Shown here: piece by piece, positions 60,201 to 64,000 of the stretch
Position numbering within the stretch: position 1 is the stretch's first letter
Layout of the letters: each line of letters opens with the position of its first letter
Virus record (IMG/VR): IMGVR_UViG_3300037333_000013
Coordinates: 32,001 to 96,000 of that record
Reading direction: 5' to 3' (one strand)
Source: a virus
DNA: 64,000 bases
Notes under the pieces: generated by a model
What the model was told of the DNA's origin: nothing
Database searches by the model: none
What the model saw: the letters and a program-made list of their open reading frames with translations, nothing else
Made by a program: the position numbers and the translations under genes

Positions 60201-60593
60201 TTATACCGTATATAACATATACTCCCTAGCCATATTACCTATTGTGAACTCCATCGTTGACGTATCTATATCACTTACGAAGCATACCAGATTATAGAAG
60301 TTCGCGTATGTTAATTTTAAAAAGATTGTTTTATCTTCACTATCATACTCTTTATCAAAGTATCTCATTACTTCATCATATGGTCTAGCTTCGATATCAT
60401 GCACCTTCATCATATCCACATACTCATTGTAGATAAAACGTTTTAACGCATCGTTAATACCTTCTACTGATAAATTCATATCGCTGCTTAGTGATAGACT
60501 TGGCAAGTTTGTTTCGTCACTATTTGTTTTTGACACACTTCTGTTTGTTAGCTTACTTAAAAGCGAAGCTGTTTGCTTTGTATATTTCTTCAT
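60201..60593 (-). CDS. Hypothetical protein, possibly frameshifted at the 3' end
   Basis: 130 aa with an AAGGA SD; coding-like sequence continues in another frame. Confidence 0.55.
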   Translation of the reverse strand: MKKYTKQTASLLSKLTNRSVSKTNSDETNLPSLSLSSDMNLSVEGINDALKRFIYNEYVDMMKVHDIEARPYDEVMRYFDKEYDSEDKTIFLKLTYANFYNLVCFVSDIDTSTMEFTIGNMAREYMLYTV

Positions 60594-60608
60594 CTCTATT
60601 ATCCTTTA

Positions 60609-60878
60609 TTACATTATTTCCATATCATCTACTCTGAGTAATCCTAGCTTAGATACCAAAGACTCTGGTAGTTCTACTTCTGTTGTGATGAGTACATCTT
60701 GTGGGTCATTATCACCAGATGGGTAGTTAAACATAGTATCTAAGTCTGTATCACCTATTACTTCTAAGATGGCATCTTCTAGCTCATCTACCTTAATTGC
60801 GAATAACTCATCATACTTTAATAGTTCATCATTTACTGGGGTTGTTTGTGTTGTTATTGTCTTCTTATATGTTGCCAT
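60609..60878 (-). CDS. Small acidic early protein
   Basis: ATG 60878 with an AAGGA SD, behind a promoter and class A leader. Confidence 0.7.
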   Translation of the reverse strand: MATYKKTITTQTTPVNDELLKYDELFAIKVDELEDAILEVIGDTDLDTMFNYPSGDNDPQDVLITTEVELPESLVSKLGLLRVDDMEIM

Positions 60879-60943
60879 ATTGTTTCCTTTATACTTTGGT
60901 TTGTTAGATAGTTTAGATACTATCACTCTGGTTTAGTCGTACT

Positions 60944-60952
60944 AATAATATA
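60944..60952 (-). promoter_or_regulatory. Early promoter TATATTATT
   Basis: Exact motif. Confidence 0.75.
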
Positions 60953-61745
60953 CCAGTATACTTTACTTATTCTCTAGGTAGAGATAAAAGATACTAGAGA
61001 GTATAGTCTAAGGACTATACTCTATGTGATACTAAAGGATGTACATTACAGAGTAATGTACTATTATTAAGAGAAAGGAAAAGGGTTCTCTCGGATAGGG
61101 GCTACGCCCCTATCCTCACTCTCCTAAAAGGAAAGAGAAGTATTGTTTATTATTATTGCCTGCTCCCACCACTCCTAGCCTATGCCCACCCCTAAAAAAT
61201 ATAGATAGTTATATATACTCTATCCGATAGTGTATTACGTTAGTAATACTACCTTTAGTATAAACAACTATGTTCTATCTACATCTTCCTGGGTCCCGTC
61301 TGGTATATAGTGTAGTATGTGTTTGGTTCATATAATAGAGAGAAGAGAATATAAGTAAGAGTATACTCTCTTAGAGAGAGAATAAGAGTAGAGTATGGTA
61401 ATGAAGAATGTATAGTTTGAATAAAAGAAAAAGAGTAGTATATGAGAGAGATAGAGTATACAGTAATCAGATATGAGGAATAAGGTAAAGAAGAGAAGAG
61501 TATGAGAGAAAGTATACTAGAGAAAGAGAATAGGATAAAGAGTAGTAGTATGAACCACTGTAAGTGTCTGAAGAAAATGGAAAAAATAAATAGGTATGGT
61601 ATCACTCACCACCTAGATTCTATCTAGATAGTGAATGTATGTCTATGTTTAATGTCACCAAGTATCAATACGTATGTACTGTTTACCTAATGGTGTATGT
61701 ATCTCTCTAACATGATAACCATGCTTACAAATATCTGACTCTCAG

Positions 61746-62348
61746 TTACTTCTCAAGAAGTTCTTTTTTCATGTGTATGTAGTGGTGATTTATTCTATAT
61801 AAGATAGATATAACCACACCATTATGAGTAGATGTGGATAGTGTCTCGTATTGCTCATTTTCAATATCTCCGAATAGAAAGTAATCTGAAAACATTCCGA
61901 TAGTACATATCGGAGTGAGCTCATCTGTGAATGAAACGATACTAAATTCTAGATTTGGTCTCCTTACTAGTATGTAATCACCATCAACTATCATTGTACT
62001 ATTGTTTGGTAGGCGATTGAAAAGGTTGGATATGAACTTATTCTGATTAATCCTATCTACATACTCCGTATGCATAGTAAGACATTCGTCAATATCGTTC
62101 AACAATAACATGATAAACACAACATACATGAGTCTTTTACCTACTATCCCATACGACAACATCTTTGTATTCCCAAAGTCTACTCTTTCCTCTGTCATAA
62201 TATATCTGATACCATCATGTATGAACTGTCTATGGTTAATACCTAACTCCTCACATAATGTAGAAAAGCGTTTATACTCGTTATCTGTTTTGTATTGCAT
62301 GGTGATATTACCAATGCACTCTCTATGATTTGTTTTGTAAATATACAT
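61746..62348 (-). CDS. Hypothetical protein
   Basis: 200 aa, AAGGA SD. Confidence 0.6.
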   Translation of the reverse strand: MYIYKTNHRECIGNITMQYKTDNEYKRFSTLCEELGINHRQFIHDGIRYIMTEERVDFGNTKMLSYGIVGKRLMYVVFIMLLLNDIDECLTMHTEYVDRINQNKFISNLFNRLPNNSTMIVDGDYILVRRPNLEFSIVSFTDELTPICTIGMFSDYFLFGDIENEQYETLSTSTHNGVVISILYRINHHYIHMKKELLEK

Positions 62349-62360
62349 CTTCTTCCTTTA

Positions 62361-62636
62361 CTATTTATTGTATGGGTCTATCTCTAATAGACGTTTGTTT
62401 AACTCCCTGAACATTGATTGCTCTGCAAGTGGGAGTAGTGATAGGTCAGTATCTTTGATACTGTTGTGTATTGTTGTCTCTAGACGTATTGTCTCATATG
62501 TCTGTCTGACTGGAGAATCTGGATGATACAGTGATTTCTTTGTATCGATGAGTTTCCATAAGTTAGACATTATGACATCGTATACAAAGTTTGTATCTGT
62601 CTTCTTAACCAGTAGGTCATCTAGTAGTTCTAGCAT
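62361..62636 (-). CDS. Early hypothetical protein
   Basis: 91 aa behind a promoter and class A leader. Confidence 0.65.
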   Translation of the reverse strand: MLELLDDLLVKKTDTNFVYDVIMSNLWKLIDTKKSLYHPDSPVRQTYETIRLETTIHNSIKDTDLSLLPLAEQSMFRELNKRLLEIDPYNK

Positions 62637-62694
62637 TAATATTCCTTCAATAATGTTAGCTTAGTATGTAAACACAGCATTTCAATTACACCGT

Positions 62695-62703
62695 AATAAT
62701 ATA
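62695..62703 (-). promoter_or_regulatory. Early promoter TATATTATT
   Basis: Exact motif. Confidence 0.75.
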
Positions 62704-62719
62704 TATAAGTAGTTTGGTA

Positions 62720-63154
62720 CTAAATATAATATTTCCTTAATTCTGGTGTCCTACTTAAATACCTCTTTGGTACATATAATGCATTTTTATGCACTTTATC
62801 AAATACAGCTACTGCAACACAAAGTCCATTATCTAAGAACATACGAAAGTTAGATATAATACAAACTGTAAATAGGTCTAGTGAGCTTTCTCCAACCTTT
62901 ATCCTAGTTACCTTATTCTTGTAACAATCAATGACTTTATCTAAACTATCGATAAATCTCTTCGATTCTTTATAAGACATTTGTGGCAATATGAAATCAA
63001 AGTCAAAACACTTGTTATCTGTATACTGTATTTCATAAGCAAGTTTTCCCATACGTCTAGCAACAAAGATAGCCTTGTGTATTTCGTTTCTATCCATTAG
63101 GTTATTATATCTTCTTATTAGAGCTACCATATCGTCGTTATCTTCGTATATCAT
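62720..63154 (-). CDS. Early hypothetical protein
   Basis: 144 aa, AAGGAG SD, behind a promoter and class A leader. Confidence 0.65.
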   Translation of the reverse strand: MIYEDNDDMVALIRRYNNLMDRNEIHKAIFVARRMGKLAYEIQYTDNKCFDFDFILPQMSYKESKRFIDSLDKVIDCYKNKVTRIKVGESSLDLFTVCIISNFRMFLDNGLCVAVAVFDKVHKNALYVPKRYLSRTPELRKYYI

Positions 63155-63213
63155 TTCTACTCCTTTTATTATTTATTTTCTGTTAGCATAATGCACTCTA
63201 GTGTAGTCGTATG

Positions 63214-63222
63214 AATAATATA
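63214..63222 (-). promoter_or_regulatory. Early promoter TATATTATT
   Basis: Exact motif. Confidence 0.75.
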
Positions 63223-63284
63223 CGAATATGAATAAACAATAATCTTACTGGTGTATATATTATGATATTAAATAAAGGGACTAC

Positions 63285-63542
63285 ATGGATATATTTTCTC
63301 TCACAATACTGACAGTAATGATTATATCAACATCATTATATGCCATCGATAATATTAAAAATAGTTTAGCTATCTTTTGCATTATTACCACAATGATTAT
63401 CGTTAGTTATATCGATGGTGAAGCGTGTAAGATAACATCTTATATTAATTATAGAGATAAGTCGTATAAAGATTACAGTAAAGATAAAGAGTACTTAAAG
63501 TGGTTAGTAGATAACCCAAAGGAGAACGTTAATGGCGAGTAA
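63285..63542 (+). CDS. Small early membrane protein (2 TM)
   Basis: Two hydrophobic segments; TATATTATG promoter variant at 63256-63264. Confidence 0.6.
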   Translation: MDIFSLTILTVMIISTSLYAIDNIKNSLAIFCIITTMIIVSYIDGEACKITSYINYRDKSYKDYSKDKEYLKWLVDNPKENVNGE

Positions 63543-63615
63543 TAATGTTGACCTAGGATAACATATATTTAGTATGTATAAATGGATACTTTTTGGATTA
63601 AAAAAAAAGACACGA

Positions 63616-63645
63616 ATACTAGCTACGTGTGTACGTAGCTAGTAT
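63616..63645. terminator. Terminator hairpin
   Basis: 13-bp stem ATACTAGCTACGT/ACGTAGCTAGTAT with a U run on the minus strand. Confidence 0.75.
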
Positions 63646-64000
63646 ATATTATAATCGTATGTGCTGATAACAACTAAGATACCGTATGTGTCTTCGCCTA
63701 AAGTTTACTTCGTTATGCTTAGTTTCGTCTTTGACGTTCATTGAGTATATCACGTTTAGATATACCCATAAATACCTAATAAGTATTGGAACTCGTAGAA
63801 TAAACACCTTTATCTTATCAATCATTCTTTCCAAAGCATCAAAAATCACAACTGGCACCATCGTATCCAATGTTGTTTAAGTACATGTGTCTATTCTTGT
63901 CATTATCTAAGATACCTATGACTTGTAGGTTCTCTTGTCTGATTGGACAAGCACTACAATGAGAGTTTGATATGTAATACTCTACTCTATCCTCGTATTC

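Noticed and set aside
61279-61605. 108-aa hydrophobic ORF that looks like a membrane protein
   Set aside because: Its composition is explained by the antisense of the AG-rich tract, and it has no SD.
8425-63645. Palindromic repeats as a CRISPR array or MITEs
   Set aside because: They are dispersed single hairpins of differing sequence, with no repeat-spacer periodicity, cas genes or target-site duplications.
1-64000. Alternative genetic code (stop-codon reassignment)
   Set aside because: Core genes are full length in the standard code, and TAA, TAG and TGA all end genes.
1-64000. tRNA, rRNA, group I/II introns, reverse transcriptase or DGR, PhuZ tubulin
   Set aside because: No supporting motifs were seen by eye and the RNAP genes are uninterrupted. 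A tRNAscan/Infernal run would be needed to exclude small RNAs fully.

Overview
AT-rich 64 kb segment of a phiKZ-like jumbo phage genome, related to the Chimalliviridae. phiKZ gp numbers below come from recalled motifs and gene order, not from a database search. Core genes: a split family-B DNA polymerase (gp50-like and gp82-like halves); four non-virion RNA polymerase subunits (gp55-, gp68-, gp71-73- and gp74-like); one virion RNAP beta' subunit (gp80-like); an Imp1/PicA (gp69)-like protein; an SF2 helicase with a class-3 intein; DnaB; the major capsid protein; a gp84-gp92-like head/baseplate block; and a tail-fibre/accessory structural cluster. The non-coding sequence is highly organised, with 11 exact copies of a TATATTATT early promoter and about 17 uniform near-perfect hairpins. 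Best candidates for new biology: (1) two families of structured 5' leader elements with compensatory base changes, directly behind early promoters; (2) an apparent programmed -1 frameshift (G GTT TTT plus a stem-loop 6 nt downstream) joining two conserved ORFs; (3) no chimallin (ChmA) gene at its usual locus although a PicA-like gene is kept; (4) a D-x-E head-maturation cleavage signature; (5) a duplicated stop-terminator-promoter cassette. No tRNA, rRNA or CRISPR array was seen.
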